This document shows positions 47,200-58,809 of a stretch of DNA of 63,199 bases, in pieces. The notes beneath the pieces are model-generated. The model was not told the DNA's origin. It ran no database searches and saw only the letters and a program-made list of their open reading frames with translations. A program made the translations under genes and the position numbers. Every line of letters begins with the position of its first letter. Positions within the stretch are counted from its first letter, which is position 1. This DNA is from Lachnospiraceae bacterium (GTDB taxonomy: Bacteria; Bacillota; Clostridia; Lachnospirales; Lachnospiraceae). The stretch spans positions 1 through 63,199 of the forward strand of contig JAGBOJ010000008.1 in assembly GCA_017633935.1 (NCBI GenBank). Reading direction: 5' to 3'.

Positions 47200-49662
47200 A
47201 TGATAATCAACAAGTCCTTTGACAAGGAAGCTTTCAAAAAGGAGGTAAAGGAAAACGTTAAGGTTCTTTACAGAAAAAACCTTAATGAAGCCACACCCCA
47301 GCAGATTTATGAGGCTGTCTGCTACACGGTAAAGGATACCATCATCGAAAAATGGATGGATACCCAGCAGGCATATGAAAAAGAGGACCCCAAGACGGTT
47401 TATTATCTTTCGATGGAATTCCTTATGGGAAGGGCTCTCGGAAATAACCTCATAAATCTCTGTGAGTACAAAGAGGTGAAGAAGGCTTTGGAAGAGCTTG
47501 ATATCGATCTTGATATGATCGAGGATCAGGAGCCTGATGCCGCTTTGGGAAACGGAGGTCTCGGAAGACTTGCGGCATGTTTTCTTGATTCACTTGCAAC
47601 CCTCGGATACAGTGCATACGGCTGCGGCATACGCTACCGTTACGGTATGTTCAAGCAGAAGATAAGGGACGGGTATCAGATGGAGGTTCCCGATGACTGG
47701 CTAAGGGAAGGAAATCCCTTTGAGCTCCGCCGCAGAGAGTATCAGAAGGAAGTTAAATTCGGCGGTTATGTAAGAGTGGAGACGGCACCCGACGGCAGGA
47801 ACCATTTCATTCAGGAGGGCTGCCAGTCTGTAATGGCTGTACCTTACGATATGCCCATAGTAGGCTACGGAAACGGTATAGTAAATACTCTCCGTATCTG
47901 GGATGCAGAGCCCGTGGAGTGCTTCCAGCTCGATTCCTTTGACAAGGGAGATTATCACAAGGCTGTAGAGCAGGACAATCTTGCAAAGAACATTGTTGAG
48001 GTGCTTTATCCCAATGACAATCATTATGCCGGCAAGGAGCTCAGGTTAAAGCAGCAGTATTTCTTCATATCAGCGTCCGTTCAGGAAGCGGTTGCAAAGT
48101 ATATGAGGAAGCATGACGATGTAAAGAAATTTTATGAAAAGAATGTATTCCAGCTCAACGATACGCATCCTACGGTTGCCGTCGCGGAGCTTATGAGAAT
48201 ACTTATGGATGAATACGGACTTACATGGGATGATGCATGGTCGGTTACCACAAAAACCTGTGCGTACACAAACCATACGATAATGTCAGAGGCTCTTGAA
48301 AAATGGCCTATGGAGCTGTTCTCCAGACTTCTTCCGAGGATATACCAGATCGTGGAAGAGATAAACAGGCGTTTCTGCCTTGAGATAACAGCAAAATATC
48401 CCGGAGATCAGGAGAAGATCCGTAAGATGGCCATAATCTATGACGGACAGGTGCGCATGGCCAATCTGGCTATATGTGCGGGCTTCTCCGTAAACGGTGT
48501 GGCAAGGCTTCATACCGAAATCCTTAAAAAGCAGGAATTGAGAGATTTCTATGAGATGATGCCGGGCAAGTTCAACAACAAGACAAACGGCATTACCCAG
48601 AGAAGATTCCTGCTCCACGGAAATCCGCTTTTGGCGGAATGGGTATCCGATCATATCGGAAATGACTGGGTGACCGATCTTTCAAAGATCAAGGGTCTTA
48701 AGGTTTATGCGGAGGATAAGAAAGCCCAGAGTGAATTTATGAACATCAAGTTCAAAAATAAGGAGCGTCTGGCGCAGTATATCTTAGAGCATAACGGGGT
48801 AACGGTCGATCCCCGCTCGATCTTTGATGTTCAGGTAAAGCGTCTGCATGAGTATAAGAGACAGCTTCTTAACATACTTCATGTGATGTATCTTTACAAT
48901 AAGATAAAAGCAAATCCGAATCTGGATTTTTATCCGAGGACATTTATCTTCGGCGCAAAGGCGGCGGCAGGATATAAGAATGCAAAGCTTACGATAAAGC
49001 TCATCAATTCAGTTGCTGATGTGATCAATAATGATGCTACGATAGGAGGCAAGCTCAAGGTTGTATTCATCGAGGATTACAGGGTTTCAAATGCAGAGAT
49101 AATCTTTGCGGCAGCGGATGTGTCAGAGCAGATATCCACAGCATCAAAAGAGGCATCCGGTACAGGCAATATGAAGTTTATGCTTAACGGAGCCTTAACG
49201 ATCGGTACTATGGACGGGGCAAACGTGGAGATGGCTGAAGAAGTGGGAGAGGAAAATATGTTCATTTTCGGACTTTCCTCTGATGAGGTCATTTCATATG
49301 AAAATAACGGCGGCTATAATCCTATGGATATCTTTAACAACGATCAGGATATCCGTGAAGTGCTTATGCAGCTCATAAACGGATTTTATGCTAAAAACGA
49401 TCCCGAGCTTTTCAGGGATCTGTACAATTCACTGCTCAATACCCAGGTCACAAACAGAGCCGATACATATTTCATACTGAAGGATTTCAGGGCTTATGCA
49501 GAGGCACAGGAGAAGGTGGAGAAGGCTTACAGGAATACATCCGAATGGGCTAAAAAAGCGATCCTCAATGTGGCCGCAAGCGGGAAGTTCTCTTCTGACC
49601 GCACCATTCAGGAGTATGTGGATGAAATATGGCATCTCGACAATGTAAAGCTCAAGAAGTGA
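47200..49662 (+). CDS. glgP: Glycogen/starch phosphorylase
   Basis: LGNGGLGRLAACF, QLNDTHP, KRLHEYKRQ and EASGTGNMK (PLP lysine). Confidence 0.96.
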   Translation: MIINKSFDKEAFKKEVKENVKVLYRKNLNEATPQQIYEAVCYTVKDTIIEKWMDTQQAYEKEDPKTVYYLSMEFLMGRALGNNLINLCEYKEVKKALEELDIDLDMIEDQEPDAALGNGGLGRLAACFLDSLATLGYSAYGCGIRYRYGMFKQKIRDGYQMEVPDDWLREGNPFELRRREYQKEVKFGGYVRVETAPDGRNHFIQEGCQSVMAVPYDMPIVGYGNGIVNTLRIWDAEPVECFQLDSFDKGDYHKAVEQDNLAKNIVEVLYPNDNHYAGKELRLKQQYFFISASVQEAVAKYMRKHDDVKKFYEKNVFQLNDTHPTVAVAELMRILMDEYGLTWDDAWSVTTKTCAYTNHTIMSEALEKWPMELFSRLLPRIYQIVEEINRRFCLEITAKYPGDQEKIRKMAIIYDGQVRMANLAICAGFSVNGVARLHTEILKKQELRDFYEMMPGKFNNKTNGITQRRFLLHGNPLLAEWVSDHIGNDWVTDLSKIKGLKVYAEDKKAQSEFMNIKFKNKERLAQYILEHNGVTVDPRSIFDVQVKRLHEYKRQLLNILHVMYLYNKIKANPNLDFYPRTFIFGAKAAAGYKNAKLTIKLINSVADVINNDATIGGKLKVVFIEDYRVSNAEIIFAAADVSEQISTASKEASGTGNMKFMLNGALTIGTMDGANVEMAEEVGEENMFIFGLSSDEVISYENNGGYNPMDIFNNDQDIREVLMQLINGFYAKNDPELFRDLYNSLLNTQVTNRADTYFILKDFRAYAEAQEKVEKAYRNTSEWAKKAILNVAASGKFSSDRTIQEYVDEIWHLDNVKLKK

Positions 49663-49723
49663 TCCGTTGATTTTCCGCGTCACTCGGGGTGAATATTGAG
49701 GAACTTACATTATAAGGAGAAAT

Positions 49724-52009
49724 ATGTCTGCAAGTGTAGATAAATGTATTAAAGTTAAAGGCAGCGGAGTTTTTATAAGGAACGGTGAGGAGATCATTGA
49801 AAATACTGCCGGTCTTGATAAAGACGAAGCGCTTAAGGGAACCATCGCTTATTCCATACTGAAGGATCATAATACATCGGGCTCGATGGATGAGCTGAAA
49901 ATAAAGTTTGACTGTCTGACATCACACGATATCACCTTTGTGGGTATCATCCAGACAGCAAGAGCCTCAGGCTTAAAGAAATTCCCGATACCCTATGTAC
50001 TTACAAACTGTCATAATTCGCTTTGTGCGGTTGGCGGGACGATAAACGAAGACGATCATGTATTCGGACTTTCGGCAGCCAGAAAGTACGGCGGAGTATA
50101 TGTACCGCCGCATCAGGCAGTGATCCATCAGTATGCAAGAGAAATGCTTTCAGGATGCGGAAAGATGATCTTAGGCTCCGACTCGCATACGAGATACGGT
50201 GCGCTCGGTACTATGGCTATGGGTGAGGGAGGACCGGAGCTTGTAAAGCAGCTTTTATCCCAGACATATGATATAAAGCGTCCCGGAGTTGTTGCCATAT
50301 ATCTTACGGGTAAGCCCGGATACGGCGTGGGTCCGCAGGATGTTGCAATAGCATTGATAGGAAAGCTTTTTGCCGCGGGAACCGTTAAGAATAAAGTAAT
50401 GGAATTCATCGGACCCGGGGTCGGCAGTCTTTCTGCTGATTTCAGGATCGGTATCGATGTGATGACTACCGAGACGACCTGCCTTTCTTCCATATGGAGA
50501 ACCGATGAAAATATACACGAGTGGTTTGAAATACATGGCAGGGAGAGTGAATATAAGGAATTAAAGCCGGCTGAAACGGCCTATTATGACGAGCTGGTAG
50601 AGGTGGATCTTTCCGAGGTGAAGCCCATGATCGCAATGCCCTTCCATCCTTCAAACGCCTACTCGATAGATGAAGTGAACGAGAATCTTGACGGAGTGTT
50701 AAAGGAGGCTGAGGAAAGGGCAAAGGTATCATTCGGAGAAAACGTAAGCTTTGATCTTCACAGCAAGATAAGAGACGGCAGGCTGCTTACGGACCAGGGA
50801 ATAATAGCAGGCTGTGCCGGAGGCGGATTTGAGAATATCTGCGCGGCAGCCGATATCCTCGACGGAGCGGATATAGGGAATCAGGAATTTACGATGAGTG
50901 TGTATCCCGCTTCAATGCCGGTTTATGCAGAGCTTGTAAAGAACGGATCATTTACAAAGCTTCTGGACGCGGGAGTTGTCATTAAGACGTGTTTCTGCGG
51001 CCCCTGCTTCGGAGCCGGAGATACGCCGGCAAATAATGCGTTTTCGATCCGTCATTCGACGAGGAACTTTCCCAACAGGGAGGGGTCGAAGGTTCAGAAC
51101 GGACAGGTTTCCTCAGTGGCTTTGATGGATGCGCGTTCCATAGCGGCAACGGCGGCAAATAAGGGAATCCTTACCGGAGCGGACAAGCTTGATATAAAGC
51201 TTGGAAAATATAAATATTTCTTTGACAGTACCATATATAAAAAGCGTGTGTTTGATTCAAAGGGCAACGCGGACGGGAAAGCGGAAGTGATCCTGGGACC
51301 GAATATCAAGGACTGGCCCGAAATGGCAGCTCTTACGGATAATCTCCTGCTTAAGATCGTTTCCGAGATACATGATCCCGTGACTACGACGGATGAGCTT
51401 ATCCCCTCGGGGGAGACCTCTTCTTATCGTTCCAATCCGCTGGGACTTGCGGAATTTGCTCTGTCCAGAAAGGACCCCGAATATGTCGGAAGAGCAAAGG
51501 AGGTTCAGGCGTATGAAAAGGCAAGAGAAGAGGATACAGAAAAGCTTTCTGAAATGATCGAAAAAAATGCCGGTATGAGATCGGTATGGGATACGGTAAA
51601 GAGCAGATTTGCGGAAGCGGATCTCAATAATACGGGTATCGGGTCTGCGATATTTGCGGTGAAGCCCGGAGACGGCTCGGCGAGGGAGCAGGCGGCTTCG
51701 GTACAGAAGGTACTTGGGGGATGGGCCAATATAGCCAATGAATATGCCACCAAACGATACCGCAGCAATCTCATCAACTGGGGTATGCTTCCTTTCCTGA
51801 TTAAAGAAGGTGACCTGCCTTTTAAGAATCTGGACCATATTTTCATTCCCGGCATACGGAGCGCGGTTGAGAACAAGGATGACAATATCAGGGCATATAC
51901 GGTAAAAGACGGAGAAATGAAGGAATTTGAGCTTGCGTTAGGGGATCTTACAGACGAGGAAAGAAAGATCATTTTGGACGGATGTTTGATAAACTATAAC
52001 AGGGTGTAG
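49724..52009 (+). CDS. Aconitase-family hydratase (YbhJ-like)
   Basis: [48 protein letters not shown] and GDGSAREQA. Confidence 0.85.
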   Translation: MSASVDKCIKVKGSGVFIRNGEEIIENTAGLDKDEALKGTIAYSILKDHNTSGSMDELKIKFDCLTSHDITFVGIIQTARASGLKKFPIPYVLTNCHNSLCAVGGTINEDDHVFGLSAARKYGGVYVPPHQAVIHQYAREMLSGCGKMILGSDSHTRYGALGTMAMGEGGPELVKQLLSQTYDIKRPGVVAIYLTGKPGYGVGPQDVAIALIGKLFAAGTVKNKVMEFIGPGVGSLSADFRIGIDVMTTETTCLSSIWRTDENIHEWFEIHGRESEYKELKPAETAYYDELVEVDLSEVKPMIAMPFHPSNAYSIDEVNENLDGVLKEAEERAKVSFGENVSFDLHSKIRDGRLLTDQGIIAGCAGGGFENICAAADILDGADIGNQEFTMSVYPASMPVYAELVKNGSFTKLLDAGVVIKTCFCGPCFGAGDTPANNAFSIRHSTRNFPNREGSKVQNGQVSSVALMDARSIAATAANKGILTGADKLDIKLGKYKYFFDSTIYKKRVFDSKGNADGKAEVILGPNIKDWPEMAALTDNLLLKIVSEIHDPVTTTDELIPSGETSSYRSNPLGLAEFALSRKDPEYVGRAKEVQAYEKAREEDTEKLSEMIEKNAGMRSVWDTVKSRFAEADLNNTGIGSAIFAVKPGDGSAREQAASVQKVLGGWANIANEYATKRYRSNLINWGMLPFLIKEGDLPFKNLDHIFIPGIRSAVENKDDNIRAYTVKDGEMKEFELALGDLTDEERKIILDGCLINYNRV

Positions 52010-52029
52010 AAGCTTAAACTTAAAGACTT

Positions 52030-52083
52030 AAATAAAAGCATTTTTGCCTAAAACAATGAGGTTTGGCAGGAATGCTTTTATTT
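52030..52083. terminator. Hairpin between the hydratase gene and carA
   Basis: AAATAAAAGCATT...AATGCTTTTATTT inverted repeat. Confidence 0.5.
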
Positions 52084-52121
52084 CAGAAACCGGGTATCGG
52101 CAAAGCAGGGAGCGGTGCATT

Positions 52122-53195
52122 ATGAAAGCATTTTTAATACTTGAAGACGGAACGGTATTTAACGGCATATCCATAGGTGCTAAAAAGGAGATAATAAGCG
52201 AGATCGTCTTTAATACATCAATGACAGGATATCTTGAGATACTGACAGATCCGTCATATGCAGGTCAGGCTGTGTGTATGACATATCCGCTCATCGGAAA
52301 TTACGGGATATGCTTAGACGACGCAGAATCCAAAAGACCGTGGGCAGAGGGATTTATAGTCAGGGAGATATCGGGTACGGACAGTAATTTCCGCTCCGAG
52401 GGAGGTATAGAGGACTATCTTATAAAACACGATATCCCGGGGATAGCGGGCATCGATACCCGTGCTCTTACAAAAATATTAAGGGAAAAGGGCACCATGA
52501 ACGGCATGATCACAACGGACGAAAAATACGATCTGCCGGCCATCCTGCCCCGCTTAAAGGAATACACGACCGGAAGGGTTGTCGAGAAGGTATCCTGTAA
52601 AGAAAAATATACGGTGGGAAAGGGCGGATTTAAAATAGCTCTTCTGGATGTGGGGGCAAAAAAGGATATTGCCCTTAATCTGGTAAAAAGAGGATGCGAG
52701 GTCACGGTTTACCCATGCGATACGGCGGCGGAAGAGATAATCTCTGCAAAACCCGACGGGATCATGCTTTCAAACGGACCGGGAGATCCGAAGGAGTGTA
52801 AGGAAATAATAAAAGAGATAAAGAAGCTTTATGATACGGACATTCCGATCTTTGCGATCTGTCTCGGGCACCAGCTTATGGCTCTTGCGGTCGGAGGCGA
52901 TACCAAAAAGATGAAATACGGGCACAGGGGTGCAAATCATCCGGTAAAGGACTTAAAGACGGGAAGGGTGTATATTTCCTCACAGAATCACGGTTATGTG
53001 GTGGATGGTGAGAAAATGCCGGAGGATATCGCAAAGCCGCTGTTTAAGAATGTTAACGACGGAACAGTCGAAGGCATGGAGTATAAAAACAAAAAGATAT
53101 TTACGGTGCAATTCCATCCGGAGGCCTGTCCGGGACCGGGTGATACGGCATTTTTATTTGACAGATTTCTGGAAATGATAAAGGGGGGACACTGA
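52122..53195 (+). CDS. carA: Carbamoyl-phosphate synthase small subunit
   Basis: FNTSMTGY, SNGPGDP, ICLGHQ and QFHPE. Start at ATG 52122. Confidence 0.96.
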   Translation: MKAFLILEDGTVFNGISIGAKKEIISEIVFNTSMTGYLEILTDPSYAGQAVCMTYPLIGNYGICLDDAESKRPWAEGFIVREISGTDSNFRSEGGIEDYLIKHDIPGIAGIDTRALTKILREKGTMNGMITTDEKYDLPAILPRLKEYTTGRVVEKVSCKEKYTVGKGGFKIALLDVGAKKDIALNLVKRGCEVTVYPCDTAAEEIISAKPDGIMLSNGPGDPKECKEIIKEIKKLYDTDIPIFAICLGHQLMALAVGGDTKKMKYGHRGANHPVKDLKTGRVYISSQNHGYVVDGEKMPEDIAKPLFKNVNDGTVEGMEYKNKKIFTVQFHPEACPGPGDTAFLFDRFLEMIKGGH

Positions 53196-56100
53196 TGCCC
53201 AGACTTAAGGATATAAAAAAGGTTTTGGTTATAGGCTCGGGTCCGATAGTCATCGGACAGGCAGCCGAATTTGATTATGCAGGCACCCAGGGCTGCAGGG
53301 CTTTGAAGGAAGAGGGCGTGGAGGTAGTGCTGATCAACTCAAACCCCGCGACCATAATGACTGATAAGGATATAGCGGACAAGGTTTATATCGAGCCCCT
53401 TACGGCGAAGGTGCTTGAAGAGCTCATAATAAAAGAAAAGCCCGACAGCATTCTTCCCACTCTCGGGGGACAGGCGGGATTAAATCTCGGTATGGAGCTT
53501 GCGGAATCCGGATTCCTTAAGGAACACGGTGTGCGCCTGATCGGTACGACTGCGGAAACGATAAAAAAAGCAGAAGACAGGCTGGAATTTAAGCAGACCA
53601 TGGAAAAGATCGGCGAGCCGGTAGCACCGTCACTTGTAGTTGAGAGCGTGGAGGACGGGATAAGGTTTGCAAGAAGGATAGGCTATCCGGTGGTCTTAAG
53701 ACCGGCATATACTCTCGGGGGCTCCGGAGGCGGTATAGCAAACGACGAAGGACAGCTCAGAGAAATATTGAGCAACGGGCTGCGTTTAAGTCGTGTGGGA
53801 CAGGTGCTGGTGGAGCGTTCGATAGCCGGCTTTAAGGAAATAGAGTATGAGGTCATGAGGGACGGTGCGGGTAATGTGATCACGGTCTGCAACATGGAAA
53901 ACCTCGATCCTGTCGGAGTACACACAGGGGATTCCATTGTAGTGGCACCCTCGCAGACCTTGTCGGATAAGGAATATCAGATGCTGCGTTCGTCGGCTCT
54001 TAATATTATCGAGGAATTAAAGATAACGGGAGGCTGCAATGTACAGTTTGCGCTTCATCCTAAATCCTTTGAATACTGCGTGATAGAGGTAAATCCGAGA
54101 GTTTCAAGGTCGTCCGCCCTTGCTTCAAAAGCTACGGGTTATCCGATAGCAAAGGTTGCGGCAAAGATCGCGCTCGGATATACGCTTGATGAGATCAAAA
54201 ACGCGATCACTCAGAAGACCTACGCAAGCTTTGAGCCGGCACTTGACTACTGCGTGGTAAAGATCCCCAGACTGCCGTTTGATAAGTTCATAACGGCTAA
54301 AAGGACATTAACCACCCAGATGAAGGCTACCGGAGAGGTAATGAGTATCTGCAATAATTTTGAAGGGGCACTGATGAAAGCTGTCAGAAGCCTTGAGCAG
54401 AATGTGGACAGTCTTCTGAGTGTGGATTTTTCAAAGTACAGTGCGCAGGAGATGCTCTTAAAGTTAGAGACGGTAGATGACAGAAGGATATATGCCGTTG
54501 CCGAAGCCATAAGAAAGGGCATAGATATCGGCACAATAGCGCAGATCACAAAAATTGACAGGTGGTTTATCGATAAGATAGCGGTACTTGTGAATATAGA
54601 AAAACGCCTCAGGGAGGAAGAGTTAAGTAAAGAGCTTCTTCGTGAGGCAAAAAGAGTGGAATTTCCGGACAATGTGATAGCGTCACTTACCGGAAGATCA
54701 AAAGATGAGATAAAGAAGCTTCGTGATAAATATGGGATAAACGCCGCATTTAAGATGGTTGATACCTGTGCGGCGGAATTTGCGGCAACCACACCGTATT
54801 TTTATTCGGTATACGGCGGAGAGGATGAAAGCGGAGAGCTTGCCGCGGCGGAAAAGAAAAAGAAGGTACTGGTCCTTGGGTCGGGACCTATAAGGATAGG
54901 ACAGGGTATCGAATTTGATTACTGCTGCGTGCATGCAACATGGGCATTTAAGAAGGCGGGATATGAGACCGTCATCATAAATAATAATCCGGAGACGGTA
55001 TCGACGGATTTTGATATTGCGGATAAATTGTATTTTGAGCCTCTCACGGAGGAGGATGTCGAAAATATAGTAAATATTGAGCATCCCGACGGGGCGGTGG
55101 TGCAATTCGGCGGACAGACCGCCATAAAGCTGACACAGGCCTTAATGAAAATGGGAGTGCCCATATTGGGCACTTCTGCGGAGAATGTGGACAGAGCAGA
55201 AGACAGGGAGCTTTTTGATGAGGTTTTGGCAGGTACGGGGATAAAAAGACCTGCGGGACATACGGTATTTACGGCGGAGGAGGCAGTTAAGGCTGCCAAT
55301 GACCTCGGATATCCGGTTCTCGTCAGACCTTCCTATGTGCTTGGCGGACAGGGAATGAGGATAGCGTTTAATGATGATGAGATAAATGAGTTTATCGGTA
55401 TCATCAACAGAATAGCCCAGGATCACCCGATACTCGTGGATAAATACATGATGGGTAAGGAGATCGAGGTAGACGCCATCTGTGACGGCAGGGATATACT
55501 GATCCCGGGTATCATGGAGCATATAGAGAGAGCGGGTATCCACTCCGGAGACAGTATTTCGATATATCCCGCGCCCACAATAAGTGAAAAGGCAAAGGAA
55601 AGCATTGCCGATTATACGGAAAGACTTGCAAAAGCCCTGAATGTCAGGGGAATGATAAATATACAGTATATCGTTATGGATGATGAGGTGTACTGCATAG
55701 AGGTAAATCCCAGATCGTCAAGGACGGTGCCCTATATAAGCAAGGTGACGGGGATACCGATCGTGGAGCTTGCGGCAAGGGCCATAATCGGAGAGGAGAT
55801 CCGGAATATGGGATATGAACCCGGACTTCAGAAAAATGCCGGACACTATGCCATAAAGATGCCCGTATTCTCATTTGAAAAAATATCGGATGCGGAAACA
55901 AGTCTGGGACCCGAGATGAAATCCACGGGTGAATGTCTGGGCATATCCACTGACTTAAATGAGGCTTTATATAAAGCGTTTCTGGGTGCGGGTATTAGCC
56001 TGCCCAAATATAAGCAGGTGATAATAACCGTTAAGGATTCGGATAAGCCCGAAATAGTAAATATCGGAAGAAGATTTGAAAAGCTCGGGTATAAGATCTA

Positions 56101-56404
56101 CGCTACATTAAGTACCGCAAGATTCCTGAACAATAACGGGGTCAATGCCCTTAAGATCAACAATATACATCAGGAGTCACCGAATATAATGGATCTTATC
56201 CTTGGGCATAAGATAGACCTTGTGGTGGATACCCCCACCCAGGGCTTTAATAAAAACAGGGACGGGTTCATCATAAGGAGACTGTCTATAGAGACGGGGA
56301 TTACCTGTCTTACCGCACTCGATACGGTAAATGCCCTCCTTACCTCAATGGAAAACGAGGATGCCCAAAGACAGCTCGAGCTTATAAATATAGCGGAATT
56401 GTAA
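53195..56404 (+). CDS. carB: Carbamoyl-phosphate synthase large subunit
   Basis: GSGPIVIGQAAEFDY, two ATP-grasp halves and a C-terminal MGS domain. Confidence 0.97.
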   Translation: MPRLKDIKKVLVIGSGPIVIGQAAEFDYAGTQGCRALKEEGVEVVLINSNPATIMTDKDIADKVYIEPLTAKVLEELIIKEKPDSILPTLGGQAGLNLGMELAESGFLKEHGVRLIGTTAETIKKAEDRLEFKQTMEKIGEPVAPSLVVESVEDGIRFARRIGYPVVLRPAYTLGGSGGGIANDEGQLREILSNGLRLSRVGQVLVERSIAGFKEIEYEVMRDGAGNVITVCNMENLDPVGVHTGDSIVVAPSQTLSDKEYQMLRSSALNIIEELKITGGCNVQFALHPKSFEYCVIEVNPRVSRSSALASKATGYPIAKVAAKIALGYTLDEIKNAITQKTYASFEPALDYCVVKIPRLPFDKFITAKRTLTTQMKATGEVMSICNNFEGALMKAVRSLEQNVDSLLSVDFSKYSAQEMLLKLETVDDRRIYAVAEAIRKGIDIGTIAQITKIDRWFIDKIAVLVNIEKRLREEELSKELLREAKRVEFPDNVIASLTGRSKDEIKKLRDKYGINAAFKMVDTCAAEFAATTPYFYSVYGGEDESGELAAAEKKKKVLVLGSGPIRIGQGIEFDYCCVHATWAFKKAGYETVIINNNPETVSTDFDIADKLYFEPLTEEDVENIVNIEHPDGAVVQFGGQTAIKLTQALMKMGVPILGTSAENVDRAEDRELFDEVLAGTGIKRPAGHTVFTAEEAVKAANDLGYPVLVRPSYVLGGQGMRIAFNDDEINEFIGIINRIAQDHPILVDKYMMGKEIEVDAICDGRDILIPGIMEHIERAGIHSGDSISIYPAPTISEKAKESIADYTERLAKALNVRGMINIQYIVMDDEVYCIEVNPRSSRTVPYISKVTGIPIVELAARAIIGEEIRNMGYEPGLQKNAGHYAIKMPVFSFEKISDAETSLGPEMKSTGECLGISTDLNEALYKAFLGAGISLPKYKQVIITVKDSDKPEIVNIGRRFEKLGYKIYATLSTARFLNNNGVNALKINNIHQESPNIMDLILGHKIDLVVDTPTQGFNKNRDGFIIRRLSIETGITCLTALDTVNALLTSMENEDAQRQLELINIAEL

Positions 56405-57027
56405 TGAATAAAAGAAATTATCAAAACGAGCTTGAAGGTATAATAAATAAGAACGTGGAGGCAGGAATAAAGCCGTCTCTTCTGCTTCACGTCTGCTGTG
56501 CCCCGTGCTCGTCCTACTGCATGGAATACCTGACGAAGTATTTTGATATCACGCTTTTATTTTATAATCCGAATATGGACAGTCTGCAGGAGTATGAAAA
56601 GAGAAAGGCCGAACTTTTAAGGCTTGTGGATGAGGCTCATTTTCCGGTTGAGGTGGTACTTTGCGACTATGCTCCGGACAGATTTTATGAAAGTGTCAGG
56701 GGACATGAAAAGGATAAAGAGGGCGGTGAAAGATGCTTTATCTGCTATGAGCTGAGAATGAGGGAGGCGGCAGAATACGCAAAAGAGCACGGCTTTGATT
56801 ATTTTACGACATCATTGAGCATCAGCCCGTATAAAAATGCGGAAAAGATAAATGAGACGGGAGAGAGACTCGCAAAGGAATACGGCATAAAGCATCTTCC
56901 GTCGGATTTCAAGAAAAAAAACGGATATAAAAGATCCATAGAACTGTCAAAAGAATATGACCTCTACAGGCAGGATTACTGTGGATGCGTGTTTTCAAAA
57001 GGAGTCGATAATGAAAAAGATACTTGA
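56404..57027 (+). CDS. queH: Epoxyqueuosine reductase QueH (DUF208)
   Basis: LLHVCCAPCS, FYNPN, RCFICYELR and YRQDYCGC. Confidence 0.9.
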   Translation: MNKRNYQNELEGIINKNVEAGIKPSLLLHVCCAPCSSYCMEYLTKYFDITLLFYNPNMDSLQEYEKRKAELLRLVDEAHFPVEVVLCDYAPDRFYESVRGHEKDKEGGERCFICYELRMREAAEYAKEHGFDYFTTSLSISPYKNAEKINETGERLAKEYGIKHLPSDFKKKNGYKRSIELSKEYDLYRQDYCGCVFSKGVDNEKDT

Positions 57028-58732
57028 GCTTTTAACCGAAGAGATGGAGAAGGCCTTCTGCGAGGCAGGGGTTGATAAGAAGCATGCAAAGGTTTCCGTA
57101 TCAAACAGGCCCGATCTGTGCCAGTTTCAGTGTAACGGAGCCATGGCCTGCGCAAAGGAATATAAAAAGGCGCCTGTAATGATAGCAGAGGCGGTCGCGG
57201 AGACCTTAAAAGCCTCAGAGGTTTTTGAAAAGGCAGAGGCGGTAAAACCGGGATTTATAAATCTTAATGTTAAAGATTCTTTCCTCAGAGCTTATCTTGA
57301 GGGTATGACGAAGGAAGAAAAGTTCGGACTGCAGATGCCGGAAAAGCCCGAAACAATCCTTGTGGATTACGGCGGACCCAATGTGGCAAAGCCGCTTCAT
57401 ATCGGGCATCTCCGTGCCGCGATAATAGGTGAGAGCGTAAAAAGGATAGGTGCCTATGCCGGACATAAGATGATGGGGGATATCCATATGGGGGACTGGG
57501 GACTCCAGATGGGGCTTATCATTGCACTAATGAAGGATAAGGGTCTCGGACTTCCCACCATTTCCGAGCTTGAGCAGATCTATCCCGAGGCATCTGCCAG
57601 ATCCAAGGAGGACGAAGAATTCAAGAAGCTGGCAATGGATATCACATATGAGCTTCAGCATGGAAATAAAGAATATCTCGACATATGGAAGCATATAATG
57701 AAGATATCCGTTGAGGATTTAAAGAAAAATTATGAAAAGCTGAACGTATCATTTGAAATATGGAAGGGCGAGTCCGATGCCGACCCTTATATCGCGCCCA
57801 TGGTCGAAAAGCTGAAAGATAAGGGCTTCGCTTATGAATCCCAGGGGGCTCTTGTGGTGGATGTTACGGAGGAGACGGATACAAAGGAAGTGCCTCCCTG
57901 CATGATATTAAAATCCGACGGGGCAGCCTTATATACAACCACAGACCTTGCCACCTTAGTACAAAGGCAGGAGGATTACAAGCCGGCATGGGTGATATAT
58001 GTAGTGGATAAAAGACAGGAGCTGCACTTTAAGCAGGTATTCCGCTGTGCAAAAAAGACGGGTATAGTACCGGAGGAGACAAAGCTTTCGTTTTTAGGGT
58101 TCGGTACCATGAACGGTGCAGACGGGAAACCTTTTAAGACCCGCTCGGGCGGAGTTATGAGGCTGGAGTCCCTGTTAAGTGAAGTATATGAACGGTGCTA
58201 TGAAAGAATGTGTGAAAACGGCGCCGATATGCCGGAGGAGGAAAGAAAGGACACTGCTTCAAAAATAGCACTGGCTGCGATAAAATACGGTGATCTTTCA
58301 AATCAGGCATCAAAGGATTATGTGTTTGACATAGAAAAATTCACTTCATTTGAAGGAAATACGGGACCTTATATCCTTTATACCATTGTCAGGATCAAAT
58401 CGATAATGAGAAAATACGAAGAGACAGGAGGAGATCTTGAAGGGATCAGGCTGCTTGAATGTAAGGGTGAGGCGGAGAGGGAATTATCCCTGCTCCTTAC
58501 GGGATATAACGCAATGATGGAGGGTGCCTTTAACGAAACGGCTCCGCACAGGGTATGTGCTTATATCTACGAGGTATCAAACGCCTTCAATCATTTTTAT
58601 CATGAGACCAAGATCCTGACTGAAGAAGACGAAGAAAAGAAGCGAAGCTACATTGCCCTGCTTTCTCTCACAAAAGGGATACTTGAAAGCTGTATCGGTG
58701 TACTGGGGTTTGCGGCACCCGAAAGGATGTAA
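57011..58732 (+). CDS. argS: Arginine--tRNA ligase
   Basis: DYGGPNVAKPLHIGH, GDWG, KSDG and EGNTGPY. Start at ATG 57011. Confidence 0.95.
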   Translation: MKKILELLTEEMEKAFCEAGVDKKHAKVSVSNRPDLCQFQCNGAMACAKEYKKAPVMIAEAVAETLKASEVFEKAEAVKPGFINLNVKDSFLRAYLEGMTKEEKFGLQMPEKPETILVDYGGPNVAKPLHIGHLRAAIIGESVKRIGAYAGHKMMGDIHMGDWGLQMGLIIALMKDKGLGLPTISELEQIYPEASARSKEDEEFKKLAMDITYELQHGNKEYLDIWKHIMKISVEDLKKNYEKLNVSFEIWKGESDADPYIAPMVEKLKDKGFAYESQGALVVDVTEETDTKEVPPCMILKSDGAALYTTTDLATLVQRQEDYKPAWVIYVVDKRQELHFKQVFRCAKKTGIVPEETKLSFLGFGTMNGADGKPFKTRSGGVMRLESLLSEVYERCYERMCENGADMPEEERKDTASKIALAAIKYGDLSNQASKDYVFDIEKFTSFEGNTGPYILYTIVRIKSIMRKYEETGGDLEGIRLLECKGEAERELSLLLTGYNAMMEGAFNETAPHRVCAYIYEVSNAFNHFYHETKILTEEDEEKKRSYIALLSLTKGILESCIGVLGFAAPERM

Positions 58733-58809
58733 GGCATTCACAATTTGAACATAATTTGCGTGTAATATCTTTGCAGCACACAGGACCTGATCTGGAAGAG
58801 GAGTAAAAA

